56,210 nucleotides of DNA from Deltaproteobacteria bacterium. GTDB lineage: Bacteria > Desulfobacterota > WTBG01 > CAIYCZ01 > CAIRTM01. How positions within the stretch are numbered: position 1 is the first letter of the stretch; each line of letters opens with the position of its first letter. Below are positions 10,039 to 18,526 of this stretch, in pieces. Below the pieces are notes generated by a model. The model was not told where the DNA came from. It saw only the letters and a list, made by a program, of their open reading frames with translations, and searched no databases. Position numbers and translations under genes: made by a program. Location of the stretch: positions 1 through 56,210 of the forward strand of contig VGSH01000003.1 in assembly GCA_016875025.1 (NCBI GenBank). The letters run 5' to 3'.

Positions 10039-10541
10039 CGCATAAGCGTCACGGCGCCGGCCGCGTTGACAGCAACCGCGTAGGCGTCGCCGCGATTATT
10101 GGTGAAATAGACCGCTCCGGCCGCGGTGCCCGCGCCGAAATCCGCCAGCCCTCTGGGCGTGAAAGTAAAACTGCCGTCATTCAGCTCGATACCGTCATCC
10201 GGCATGCTTCCACCGTTAACGCTGGCTGTGGCGCTGCCGCTGCCGAGCCCTACGCCGCTGCCGTACTGATTATCAAGTGAGCCTTTGCCCGGAAATCGGC
10301 GGCCGTCCACCTCAAAAAACTGGCTGTCGGCGTCAAAGGTAACGGTCACGTTGCGTTTGTCTTTGATTGCGAGCTGGCGCGCATTGCGCAACTGCGATGT
10401 GCAGTCTCGCACCGCCGCTTTTATACGGTAGGAAGGCAGTCCGGAGACAAGACTGGGCGCGGTTATAAGGGCCATAATGGCGATGATCGCAATCACCACC
10501 ATCAGTTCCGTAAGTGAAAATCCATGTGAGCTTTTAATCAT
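10011..10541 (-). CDS. fimT: FimT/FimU (GspH-like) minor pilin
   Basis: HG|FSLTELMVVIAIIAI; ARQLAI; FTFTPRG. Confidence 0.85.
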   Translation of the reverse strand: MIKSSHGFSLTELMVVIAIIAIMALITAPSLVSGLPSYRIKAAVRDCTSQLRNARQLAIKDKRNVTVTFDADSQFFEVDGRRFPGKGSLDNQYGSGVGLGSGSATASVNGGSMPDDGIELNDGSFTFTPRGLADFGAGTAAGAVYFTNNRGDAYAVAVNAAGAVTLMRWRGSGWTR

Positions 10542-10567
10542 ACACGCGTCTCCAGTTACCAGAAATT

Positions 10568-10584
10568 TGCATTAACCATGCCGA
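10568..10584 (-). promoter_or_regulatory. Sigma54 (-24/-12) promoter of the minor-pilin operon
   Basis: Minus strand TCGGCATGGTTAATGCA = GG-N10-GC, ~28 bp before the fimT ATG; AT-rich tract upstream (10600-10700). Confidence 0.7.
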
Positions 10585-10778
10585 CACGCACGATCGATCT
10601 ATTGTTTTGAAATAACTTTGTTTTTTATTTTTACGACTTACGGCAGTCGCGTTATATATAAAATAATTTAATATTTATGTAAAGATATTTTATATTTAGT
10701 GTGTGCCTGAGCTGTGCAGGGCTAGAGTATATGCCGCGGAGTTTTCACAGAACAGACTGCATCTCGAACGGGTAGTAT

Positions 10779-10807
10779 TTGACAATGGGCACGAATGTTG
10801 ATATAAT
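10779..10807 (+). promoter_or_regulatory. Consensus sigma70 promoter upstream of the ubiquitin-fold gene
   Basis: TTGACA (10779-10784), 17 bp, TATAAT (10802-10807). Confidence 0.8.
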
Positions 10808-10940
10808 TTTATATGTTTTTATTATCAGTTTTTACTGGTGTACGAAAAAAATATACACGGGCCGACGGTCCTTTCTTGCTGTTTCGGCAGTTTTCTAACA
10901 GGCATGATCAGTTATTAACTCAATTGATGGAGCTTCAGGT

Positions 10941-11261
10941 ATGTCGGTCATTAAAGTCAGCTGTAAGTATTTTACCACTGTTCTGGGTGCAACCAAAAAA
11001 GATGGCGAGATTGTTGAATTTCAGCCCGGGAAAACCGTGCAGGAATTCCTTGATTTCATGAGCGCAAAGTACGGCGACGGGTTTTCCAGGAATATCTATG
11101 CGGAAGGAACGATGCGGGGCGAGAAATTCCGCACGCCCAATATTTATCTCAACAAGCGGCGCATACAGTGGGTGCAGGATTTTCCCAAAGGGGTGCAGAC
11201 CATCGTGGGTGACGGCGATGAGTTCTGGTTCGGGCTGATTGTGGGCGGCGGCAGCTTTTGA
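10941..11261 (+). CDS. MoaD/ThiS/SAMP-like ubiquitin-fold protein with capped C-terminus (GGG-SF)
   Basis: Beta-grasp pattern IKVSCKYF...KTVQEFLDFM...NIYLN...VGDGDEFWF..IVGGG; GGAG RBS. Confidence 0.85.
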   Translation: MSVIKVSCKYFTTVLGATKKDGEIVEFQPGKTVQEFLDFMSAKYGDGFSRNIYAEGTMRGEKFRTPNIYLNKRRIQWVQDFPKGVQTIVGDGDEFWFGLIVGGGSF

Positions 11262-11277
11262 GCCGCCTGCCGGCAGA

Positions 11278-12222
11278 TTATTTTTCCATGGCAAGGCGCT
11301 GCTCGGTGGCCGTGTCGTAGACCACCACGGTGCTTGATCGGCGCAGCTGCTTCACAAAATCATTGATCATTTCAACCGAGTGCATCTCATAGATGCTTTT
11401 CTTGAGGTTTTCCACGATATCCTCAAACGGCCAGATATGGCCTTCGGCAAGCACGGATTTGACATACAGCACGTTCAAGTTTGCCTCGGTTCTGACAACG
11501 CGCGATACCTGGCCGGAGCTCATGCGAAACGCTACTGAATCAAGCAGCGGGTGATACTGGCCGCGGGTCATAAAGCCCAGATCGCGGCAGGTCATGCCTT
11601 CGGCCGTTTTTTTTGATTCAAAGACTTCCATAAAGGCCTCCGGACCGCGCGTGCAGGGCTCAATCTTTGCCTGTGCTGCCTTGATCTCGGCGGGTTCAGC
11701 GTAGCGGTCAAGCGCGATCTCAACGAGCAGGATATGGCGCATTTCCGGCCCCTGCATCCGGCTGCGGTTTTCCTCATAGTAGGCGCGGGCATCCGCATCG
11801 GTTACCTCGCGTCGGCGGCCCTCAATCACGGAGGCAGCCACCGTGTTGGTGATAAGATCGCGCCTGAGCTGTTCCTGGTAGTCTTCAAGGGTCTGACCCT
11901 GCAGGGCCAGCACCGCGGCGAAATGCTCTTCGGACTGAAATTCCTGCATGGAGACCTTCAGGGCGTTTTCAAACTCCGCATCGCTGATGTGCGTTCCGCG
12001 GCGTTTGCCTTCCTGATAGAGCAGCTCGCGGGTTATCAGGCGGTCAATGACCGCCTGGCGCAGCTCGTACTGCTCATTCTGCATGAGCCGCACCTTGCCC
12101 TTGGTGTCGCGGTGAGGCTCATAGGCCAGCTCCAGACCGCAGGAGACGTCAAACTCGGTAATCCGGGCATCGTTGATGCGCGCGATAATGACATTTTTCA
12201 ACTTGGGGTCGACGGGCGGCAT
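11278..12222 (-). CDS. SurA-N/parvulin-type peptidyl-prolyl isomerase-like protein, no signal peptide
   Basis: ARINDARIT, LITRELLYQE, HILL, DLGF, AFRMSSGQVSRVVRT. Confidence 0.8.
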   Translation of the reverse strand: MPPVDPKLKNVIIARINDARITEFDVSCGLELAYEPHRDTKGKVRLMQNEQYELRQAVIDRLITRELLYQEGKRRGTHISDAEFENALKVSMQEFQSEEHFAAVLALQGQTLEDYQEQLRRDLITNTVAASVIEGRRREVTDADARAYYEENRSRMQGPEMRHILLVEIALDRYAEPAEIKAAQAKIEPCTRGPEAFMEVFESKKTAEGMTCRDLGFMTRGQYHPLLDSVAFRMSSGQVSRVVRTEANLNVLYVKSVLAEGHIWPFEDIVENLKKSIYEMHSVEMINDFVKQLRRSSTVVVYDTATEQRLAMEK

Positions 12223-12307
12223 AATAGTATCCTGTAAAAGTTTTTCGGGAGGCTATGAGGAGCGGGTGCTGAACACATCGATCAGCACCCGCGAATACGG
12301 CAGAAAA

Positions 12308-13600
12308 TCATGCACAGGCAGTCGCGGCCGGGTCGGCAGCGTAGCTGTTCACCACCGGCAGCACCTTTGCGTTCGGCCGGCGGACGAATTCCTCCCACGG
12401 GGTCTTGCCCACAATCGCGCCGCGGATAATGCCGGCGCCGTCAACATTGCCGATTGACATGAAGGCAAAAGGCACGCCGCCACGCAGCTTGACCTTCTGA
12501 TAGATGGCCGGGGTCTTGAAGGTGATTTCCTCGACATCCGGGCCCTCGTCCTGCACGTTGCCGATGGCGGTGATCCAGAGCTCGTAGAAATCAACGCTGT
12601 TCATCGGGATGTTGCCCTCATAGGTCAGCTTTTCGCCGGACATGTTGGCCGCGGCAATGCGCGCGCCTGCGGCGGCAACCGGCCAGATGGCATTGTAAAT
12701 CCACTCGCCCGTCACGATGTGGCGTGAGCGGCACACGTCCCCGGCGGCATAGATGCCGTCAACCGAGGTCTGCTGGCGGTCATCGACCAGCACGATGCGG
12801 TCAATGTCTACGCCGGAGTCTTTCAGGAAGTCCGTGCAGGCGCGCACGCCGACCGAGGCCACGATAAAGTCGCAGGCCTCCTCAGTGCCGTCCTGATAGG
12901 TCACGACGTAGCCGTCGCCGCGCTTGCGGGTGGCGATCACGGAGTTGTTCAGCTCGATTTCAAGCAGTTCATGGCGCGTCAGGCGCGCTTTCACGCGGGC
13001 GCTGGCCTCAAGATCGGTCATGCGGCCGAGCACGGTGGGCAGCAGCTCGACCACCTTGACCTGCACGCCCTGCTTCACCAGGCCGTAGGCGCTCTTCAGC
13101 CCGACAAACCCGGCACCGATAATAACGGCCTTCTTTCCTTTTTTGGCCCAGCTTTTGAGCCGGACGGAGTCGGCATAATTGCGCATGCCGATAATGCCGT
13201 CCGGGTCATACGGGAAAGCCGGCAGAAAAATCGGGGTCGAGCCGGTTGCAACCAGCAGCGTATCGTAGGAGACTGTTTTGTTTTTGCCGTTCTGCCGTAC
13301 CATAACCTGGCGGTTTTTCACGTCAAGGCCTTCGGCCCGGCTCGAGAGCATCAGCTCGACATTGCGCTCAGCATACCACTGCGCGTCGTGGGACAGCAGA
13401 TGCTTGCGCGTAATCATGTCGCCCAGAAAATAGGTTATCAGGCAGCGCGAATAGGAGGGAACATCCTCTTCGCCGATAATAACGATTGAATCCTGCGGGT
13501 TCATCTTGCGCAGGGTTTCTGCGGCTGATACGGCGGCAATGCAGTTGCCGACAATCACATGCTGCCGGCCGGTGGTGGAAGCGGTTTTGATTTTCTTCAT
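12308..13600 (-). CDS. FAD/NAD(P)H-dependent oxidoreductase (NirB-N/FNOR/AorC-like)
   Basis: VIVGNCIAAVSAAE, ATGS, IGAGFVG, TSVDGIYAAGD. Confidence 0.9.
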   Translation of the reverse strand: MKKIKTASTTGRQHVIVGNCIAAVSAAETLRKMNPQDSIVIIGEEDVPSYSRCLITYFLGDMITRKHLLSHDAQWYAERNVELMLSSRAEGLDVKNRQVMVRQNGKNKTVSYDTLLVATGSTPIFLPAFPYDPDGIIGMRNYADSVRLKSWAKKGKKAVIIGAGFVGLKSAYGLVKQGVQVKVVELLPTVLGRMTDLEASARVKARLTRHELLEIELNNSVIATRKRGDGYVVTYQDGTEEACDFIVASVGVRACTDFLKDSGVDIDRIVLVDDRQQTSVDGIYAAGDVCRSRHIVTGEWIYNAIWPVAAAGARIAAANMSGEKLTYEGNIPMNSVDFYELWITAIGNVQDEGPDVEEITFKTPAIYQKVKLRGGVPFAFMSIGNVDGAGIIRGAIVGKTPWEEFVRRPNAKVLPVVNSYAADPAATACA

Positions 13601-14067
13601 TTCTTCGGATACCCCCTCAGTTTGGCGCGACGTTTTTCATTGTTCTGTGCCCTGAGATCGTCAAAAAACAGAGCACCGCGGTCACAGGCGAACACGCAGG
13701 TGGGCTTTTCCTCCTTGCCGCACATCAGCGTGCATTTGAAGGCTTTTTCCTGGCTCATGATGGTTTTCATGGCTCCGTGCGGGCAGACCATGTTGCACAT
13801 GAAGCAGCCGATGCAGCGGTCTTCGTCCTGAATAATCAGGCCGTTGGGTCCGCGCTGCAGCGACTCGCCGATACAGGCGTCAACACAGGGCGCGTCCTCG
13901 CAGTGCTTGCACAGGCGCATAAACGGGCCTTCAGGGCTCTGCATGACCCGGATATGGGGCACATAGGCCCCGGACTGCTTTTTTGAACTGCCGCACACCT
14001 GGGCGCAGGCCTCTTCGCACTTGCGGCACAGGTCGCAGTTTTCAGCGATAAACCGAAACGCTTTCAT
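13597..14067 (-). CDS. Multi-[4Fe-4S] ferredoxin-like subunit (CooF/DmsB/AorA-like)
   Basis: Four Cys groups: CDLCRKCEEAC, CKHCEDAPCVDAC, CIGCFMCNMVCP, KCTLMC...CVFAC; ATGA overlap with the next gene. Confidence 0.9.
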   Translation of the reverse strand: MKAFRFIAENCDLCRKCEEACAQVCGSSKKQSGAYVPHIRVMQSPEGPFMRLCKHCEDAPCVDACIGESLQRGPNGLIIQDEDRCIGCFMCNMVCPHGAMKTIMSQEKAFKCTLMCGKEEKPTCVFACDRGALFFDDLRAQNNEKRRAKLRGYPKK

Positions 14068-14214
14068 GGGATCATCCTTTTCCGATAGTGGTAGTAAAGA
14101 TTTTCAGGTTGCTTTCAGCAGGGACTCATTATACGCTGATACAGTCAGGCGGACACCTTACCACGCGCTGCCGGATATGTCAATTTCGTTTTGCTTGAAC
14201 CGGGTTGTGCGCCT

Positions 14215-14616
14215 ATGAAAACAGCCTGCATTCCTGCCGGAGTGCGTGATGCCATGATCAGCCACAGCCGCTCGGAACTGCCCAATGAGTGCTGCGGGTT
14301 GCTGCTGGGGCGCTCCCGTATCGAGCGGGCCGTGCCCATGCGCTCTGATCCGCCCGCACCGGATGCCTATTACATGGATCCCGAGCAGCAGATCGCTGTT
14401 TTTACCGGCATGGAGGCCAGCGGAGAGCAGCTGCTGGGTATTTATCACTCGCATCCCGCCGGCCCGCTTGAGCCCTCCGGCATGGACCTGCAGCTTGCCT
14501 TTCACCCGGATGCACTGTATGTTATTATTTCACTGGCAGACGCACAGCATCCGGAGATCGGCGCTTACCGGCTGGAGGAGGGGCAGTTTAGCGAGGTTAC
14601 CATCTGTTATATATAA
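14215..14616 (+). CDS. JAMM/MPN+ (M67, Mec-like) metalloprotease
   Basis: PNECCGLLLG and YHSHPAGPLEPSGMD match E-x(n)-HxH-x7-S-x2-D; ATG at 14215 preferred over TTG at 14191. Confidence 0.92.
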   Translation: MKTACIPAGVRDAMISHSRSELPNECCGLLLGRSRIERAVPMRSDPPAPDAYYMDPEQQIAVFTGMEASGEQLLGIYHSHPAGPLEPSGMDLQLAFHPDALYVIISLADAQHPEIGAYRLEEGQFSEVTICYI

Positions 14617-14684
14617 ATGCTTCCACCGGTGCCCACAGTTCCGTACAGTATGTACTGGGCCCGAGGCAGAGTGCGTTTTATGCG

Positions 14685-14809
14685 GTCATTTCGAATCCGC
14701 CTCAGGCGGTGAGAAATCTTAACTCATTGCTAGCAGGTCATACGTAAAGATTTCTCCCTTCGGTCGAAATGATACAACAAGCATGTTTTGACTTTTTGCG
14801 ACGGCATCA
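14685..14809. repeat. Palindromic dispersed repeat (GTCATTTCGA...TCGAAATGA) plus one GACTTTTTGCG terminal repeat
   Basis: Closely similar to 48456-48546; internal GAGAAATCTT/AAGATTTCTC inverted repeat. Confidence 0.85.
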
Positions 14810-14846
14810 CAACCAGGGGACACGCAATTTCATCACAGGAGCTGAT

Positions 14847-15473
14847 ATGAAAAGAACTATCGAACGCAGTCGTACAAGCAGCGCAGTTGTGTGTATATGC
14901 CTGCTTGCAGCAGGTATGATGTTTCTGCTTGCCGGGTCCGTGCCGCTGTATGCCGCGGATGCCGTCTCACAAGGGAGAGGAACAGCCATGCAGCCGTCTG
15001 AAAATCCAAATATCGGGAAAAAATTTCCTGTGGTGAGCGCTGAAACGCTTGAGGGCAAAAAAGCCACCGTGCCGGATGATGCGGCCGGGAAGGTGACGCT
15101 CGTGGTTGTGGCGTTTTTGCGTGAAAGCCAGTCGCAGCTGGACTCGTGGCTGAACCCGTTCTATGAAAAATTCGGCACCCGGGAGGGGATCATGTTTTAC
15201 GAGGTGCCCATGATTACAGGCGGGTACCGGTTTATGAAGCCGATTATCGACGGGGGCATGCGCGGCGGTTTGCCGAAATTCAAGCATAAGCACGTGGTTA
15301 GCATGTACGGAGATGTGCAGTCGTACCTGCAGGCCCTGGCGCTTGATCCGCGCAACGGCTATGCGTTTCTGCTCGACCGCGACGGCATTATCCGCTGGCA
15401 GGAACAGGGCTTTTCAAATGCCGCAACGCTGGCAAGCCTGTTTGAGGCCACTGAAGCCCTTCTGCAGCGGTAG
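14847..15473 (+). CDS. ATP10-like thioredoxin-fold exported protein
   Basis: GKVTLVVVAF...QLDSW...FYEVPMI...GMRGG...FLLDRDGIIRWQ; signal-like hydrophobic stretch; AGGAG RBS before ATG 14847. Confidence 0.7.
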   Translation: MKRTIERSRTSSAVVCICLLAAGMMFLLAGSVPLYAADAVSQGRGTAMQPSENPNIGKKFPVVSAETLEGKKATVPDDAAGKVTLVVVAFLRESQSQLDSWLNPFYEKFGTREGIMFYEVPMITGGYRFMKPIIDGGMRGGLPKFKHKHVVSMYGDVQSYLQALALDPRNGYAFLLDRDGIIRWQEQGFSNAATLASLFEATEALLQR

Positions 15474-15493
15474 ACAGATGCCGGCAGGCCGGT

Positions 15494-16120
15494 TCAGCTG
15501 TTCGGAGTGTCGTTTGTGTGCCGGCTGGAGGCGAATTGCGGGTAGTGCGTGCGCATGCAGTCCGGGCACAGGCTGTGGCTGAGCATGGCCTCGGTATGTT
15601 CGGCGATATATTCTTCCAGACGCTGCCAGATTTCACGGTCATCACGGATTTTATGACAGTGCATGCAGATGGGCAGGATGCCCTGCAGGCGCCGTATGTG
15701 CTTGAGGGCCTGCTCCAGTTCATTGATGCGGCCGGCAAGTGCCTGCCGCAGCTCAATCATGCGCTCGCCGACCCGGATGCGCGCGCGCAGTTCCTCTGTG
15801 TTGATGCGCTTGGCGATAAAGTCATCGGCCCCGGCCTCAAAGCCGGCCACGATATCCTCCTGCGCCTTCCGTGAGGTGAGGATAATGATATGGGTCAGGC
15901 TGCCGCCGGGAAGCTGCCGTATGCGCCGGCACAGTTCAACCCCGTCAAGCCCCGGCATCATCCAGTCCAGGACTGCCATGTGCGGCGCGTCGGGCTTTTG
16001 CAGGATGTACCAGGCCTGGCTGCCATCCATGGCCACCAGCACGTCATAGCCCCATTTGACAAGATGGGTTTCAAGCATGCGCCGGGAAATCTGCTCATCA
16101 TCGGCTATTAAAATCTGCAT
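15494..16120 (-). CDS. Response regulator receiver with Cys/His-rich C-terminal domain
   Basis: ILIADD, LDWMMPGLDG, GADDF; C-terminal LPICMHCHKIRDD...SHSLCPDC. Confidence 0.9.
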   Translation of the reverse strand: MQILIADDEQISRRMLETHLVKWGYDVLVAMDGSQAWYILQKPDAPHMAVLDWMMPGLDGVELCRRIRQLPGGSLTHIIILTSRKAQEDIVAGFEAGADDFIAKRINTEELRARIRVGERMIELRQALAGRINELEQALKHIRRLQGILPICMHCHKIRDDREIWQRLEEYIAEHTEAMLSHSLCPDCMRTHYPQFASSRHTNDTPNS

Positions 16121-16196
16121 ATGTCGGTGCCCCCAGAGTGTGAATGGCGTTGCTGTATGGATGCCATAGCATAGTTGTGCGGCAGCGGCAAGCCGC

Positions 16197-17324
16197 TCAG
16201 TCCTGTGCCCCCAGATGTATGCCGCTGATCAGGCCTGTGATGCGTTCAACAGCCAGCGGCGCCCGGGATGCGATCAGCACGCGTATGATCAGGGCGCGGT
16301 CGGGCGTGCGAAGCATGATTTCGGCAACCTGGTCGGGCATGTGCTCCAGAGCGTTTTCACCCGGCCGGGCCTGTTCCCCCCGCAGCATAACCCCGCTGAG
16401 CGCCCCTGCCCGAAGGCAGTATGTCTGAACCGTGTCTGCGTCGTAGCGTTTGAGCAGCGCGGCCTTAATCATGGCGGGCATGAGGCCGAAACGGCTATGC
16501 ACGGCAAGCAGCGCGGCGTCATGGACATTGCCGAACCCGAGCAGGCCGGCGAGAGCCTGCAGCAGTGCATTGTGGGCCACTGTCCGGCGGTCCGGACCGG
16601 CCTCGATTGCAATACGTGTATCGCCTGCCGGGCTGTGGACTATGAGAGCGTCCGGCTGCCTGTCGATCAGGCGGTAGCCGCGGGGCAGCATGAGCGCAAC
16701 CGGTCCCAGATGATAGATTTCTTTGCCGGCCCTGTCCTGGGCCGGCTCCACGCTGAGCTGCTGCGGCGGCAGGGCCAGGCCGGGTCCGCGCCTGAACATG
16801 TCGATGCTGACATAGAGCAGCATGGCTGCCAGCAGCGGCATAATCAGCAGCGGGATCAATTCGGCCGTACTTTTTCTGAAGGGATTCCTGGAAATCCGAA
16901 CGGTTAAGCCGCGTCCGGTGAGCGCGTCCACAATGTCCTGCACAGGCCCGGGCCGGGATACGCACGCAACCTGCTGTCTTCGGCGAAGAGCACCGGTCAT
17001 GGCATGCAGGCAGGCGCGGTCGCGGTAGAGAATCAGGCGCAAAGAAGCGACTGCCTTCAACGGTATCGGGCGGCTGCCGTGCACTCGCAGCGACTGTGCG
17101 CCATCGTCAATGGTGAAGCCGGTGCCCGTGCGCCTGCCGGAGCGCAGGCGCAGACACACGTAGAGCACAAGCGTGCATGCTGCAGTAAATACAAGGCAGG
17201 CTACAAGCCTGCGTTCGCCGAAAAGCGCGACGCAGGCGCACGCAAGGCTTACGAAAAAAACCAGCAGGGCTGTGCCTTCGACTGATTCCGGCGGCAGTCC
17301 CTGCCATGAAGGCGATTGTTCCAT
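16197..17324 (-). CDS. Hypothetical membrane protein
   Basis: 375-aa ORF with about three hydrophobic segments; co-oriented with neighbours. Confidence 0.65.
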   Translation of the reverse strand: MEQSPSWQGLPPESVEGTALLVFFVSLACACVALFGERRLVACLVFTAACTLVLYVCLRLRSGRRTGTGFTIDDGAQSLRVHGSRPIPLKAVASLRLILYRDRACLHAMTGALRRRQQVACVSRPGPVQDIVDALTGRGLTVRISRNPFRKSTAELIPLLIMPLLAAMLLYVSIDMFRRGPGLALPPQQLSVEPAQDRAGKEIYHLGPVALMLPRGYRLIDRQPDALIVHSPAGDTRIAIEAGPDRRTVAHNALLQALAGLLGFGNVHDAALLAVHSRFGLMPAMIKAALLKRYDADTVQTYCLRAGALSGVMLRGEQARPGENALEHMPDQVAEIMLRTPDRALIIRVLIASRAPLAVERITGLISGIHLGAQD

Positions 17325-17403
17325 GGCGAGCGCATCCCCTGCAGCCTGTGCCGCGTGGCGCGGACAGCTGCATTTCAGACAGCCGTGCAGCAGCTCAGGA
17401 GCG

Positions 17404-17529
17404 TTAGTGGGCTTCTACAAAAAGTTTTCCCGGCTTTCTGGACTGATGAATTTTGCATTTCGGGCATTGCTCGGGCGGGGTGTCGCCCGTGTGGATGTAG
17501 CCGCATGCTGTACAGCGCCATTTTTTCAT
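17404..17529 (-). CDS. Small rubredoxin-like protein, 41 aa (not in ORF track)
   Basis: Hand translation MKKWRCTACGYIHTGDTPPEQCPKCKIHQSRKPGKLFVEAH*; GGAGG 6 nt upstream; TTGACA-16-CACAAT on the minus strand near 17594-17621. Confidence 0.85.
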   Translation of the reverse strand: MKKWRCTACGYIHTGDTPPEQCPKCKIHQSRKPGKLFVEAH

Positions 17530-17831
17530 CGTGTGCCTCCGGTCAAATCAGTCAGTATGGGTGCTCGAGAGCTCGTGGTTCTTACGGAAATCCATTGTGC
17601 TTGTTAATCGTTTTTTGTCAAGCATAATTGACATCAACACGGCATTCCTCGCCGTAAAAACATCCCTGACGGCCGCCAATCCAATGGCTCTATTGTGGAC
17701 AGCAGTGCCTGTATATTGATTGATCAAAGGCTGCGCCCCTCCTTTTTTTGATTCTCTTGACATAACAGTCCGCCCTCTGCAATCTGAAAATGCTTGTTTT
17801 TCAGACTGCATCAAAATCAGCTGTGCATGCG

Positions 17832-18512
17832 TCAGCCTGATGGCGCGGTGATTTCCTGCCAGGCCTGCAGCAGCACAGGGCGCATAGTAGCACTGAGCGC
17901 CTGATAGGCGGACGGCCGCAGATGCAGGCCGTCTTCCTGATACAAGCCGGGGCGCGGCTGGCCGCAGCCGTCACACAGGGCTGCATTGACGTCAATGTAG
18001 CCAAGCGCAGGACTGCCGGCGCACAGGCGGAAAATCAGGCTGTTGACGGCCTCAATCGCATCCCAGCGCGCGCGTTTCTGCGGAGCCAGGTTGATGGAGA
18101 CAAAAAATACGCGGCTGCGGGGCAGTTCCCGCAGTACCCGCCCGCAGAATGCCTCAAACCGCGCGGCAATCGTGGCGGGCTCTTCCCCGCATTCAATATC
18201 GTTGCTGCCGCAATAGTAGGCGATCATGCAGGGCCGGCAGGGCGCAATGATGCGGTCGAAGAAATGCAGCACCTCCCATGTGCGGGCCCCGCCGAAGGCG
18301 CGGTTGAGCACGGGCAGAGGCGCCATATCGCGCGCAAGCGTTGACCAGAACCGGAAAATGCTGCTGCCGGTGAATACGACGGCATTGCACGGCACGGGCT
18401 CTGTGCGGTTAAGGTCCTGCAGGAGCCGGATTTCATTCTCGTAGCGGATGTCCTGGCCCGGGGGCGGCGTACAGGGGCCTGCTGTGTGGTCGTGCGGCAT
18501 GGTCGCGCTCAT
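17832..18512 (-). CDS. SGNH/GDSL-family hydrolase
   Basis: Blocks VFTGSSI, NRAFGG, YCGSND, DGLH. Confidence 0.9.
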   Translation of the reverse strand: MSATMPHDHTAGPCTPPPGQDIRYENEIRLLQDLNRTEPVPCNAVVFTGSSIFRFWSTLARDMAPLPVLNRAFGGARTWEVLHFFDRIIAPCRPCMIAYYCGSNDIECGEEPATIAARFEAFCGRVLRELPRSRVFFVSINLAPQKRARWDAIEAVNSLIFRLCAGSPALGYIDVNAALCDGCGQPRPGLYQEDGLHLRPSAYQALSATMRPVLLQAWQEITAPSG

Positions 18513-18526
18513 GGAAAGGGCGTTTT

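Noticed and set aside
10941-14616. Bil or CBASS-type ubiquitin-like antiviral system
   Set aside because: No E1, E2 or cyclase genes; neighbours are metabolic and the JAMM protein looks Mec-like
17548-17814. Possible small ORF upstream of the rubredoxin-like gene
   Set aside because: Has an AAGGAGG before a TTG but no recognisable motif and overlaps the likely promoter; not supportable
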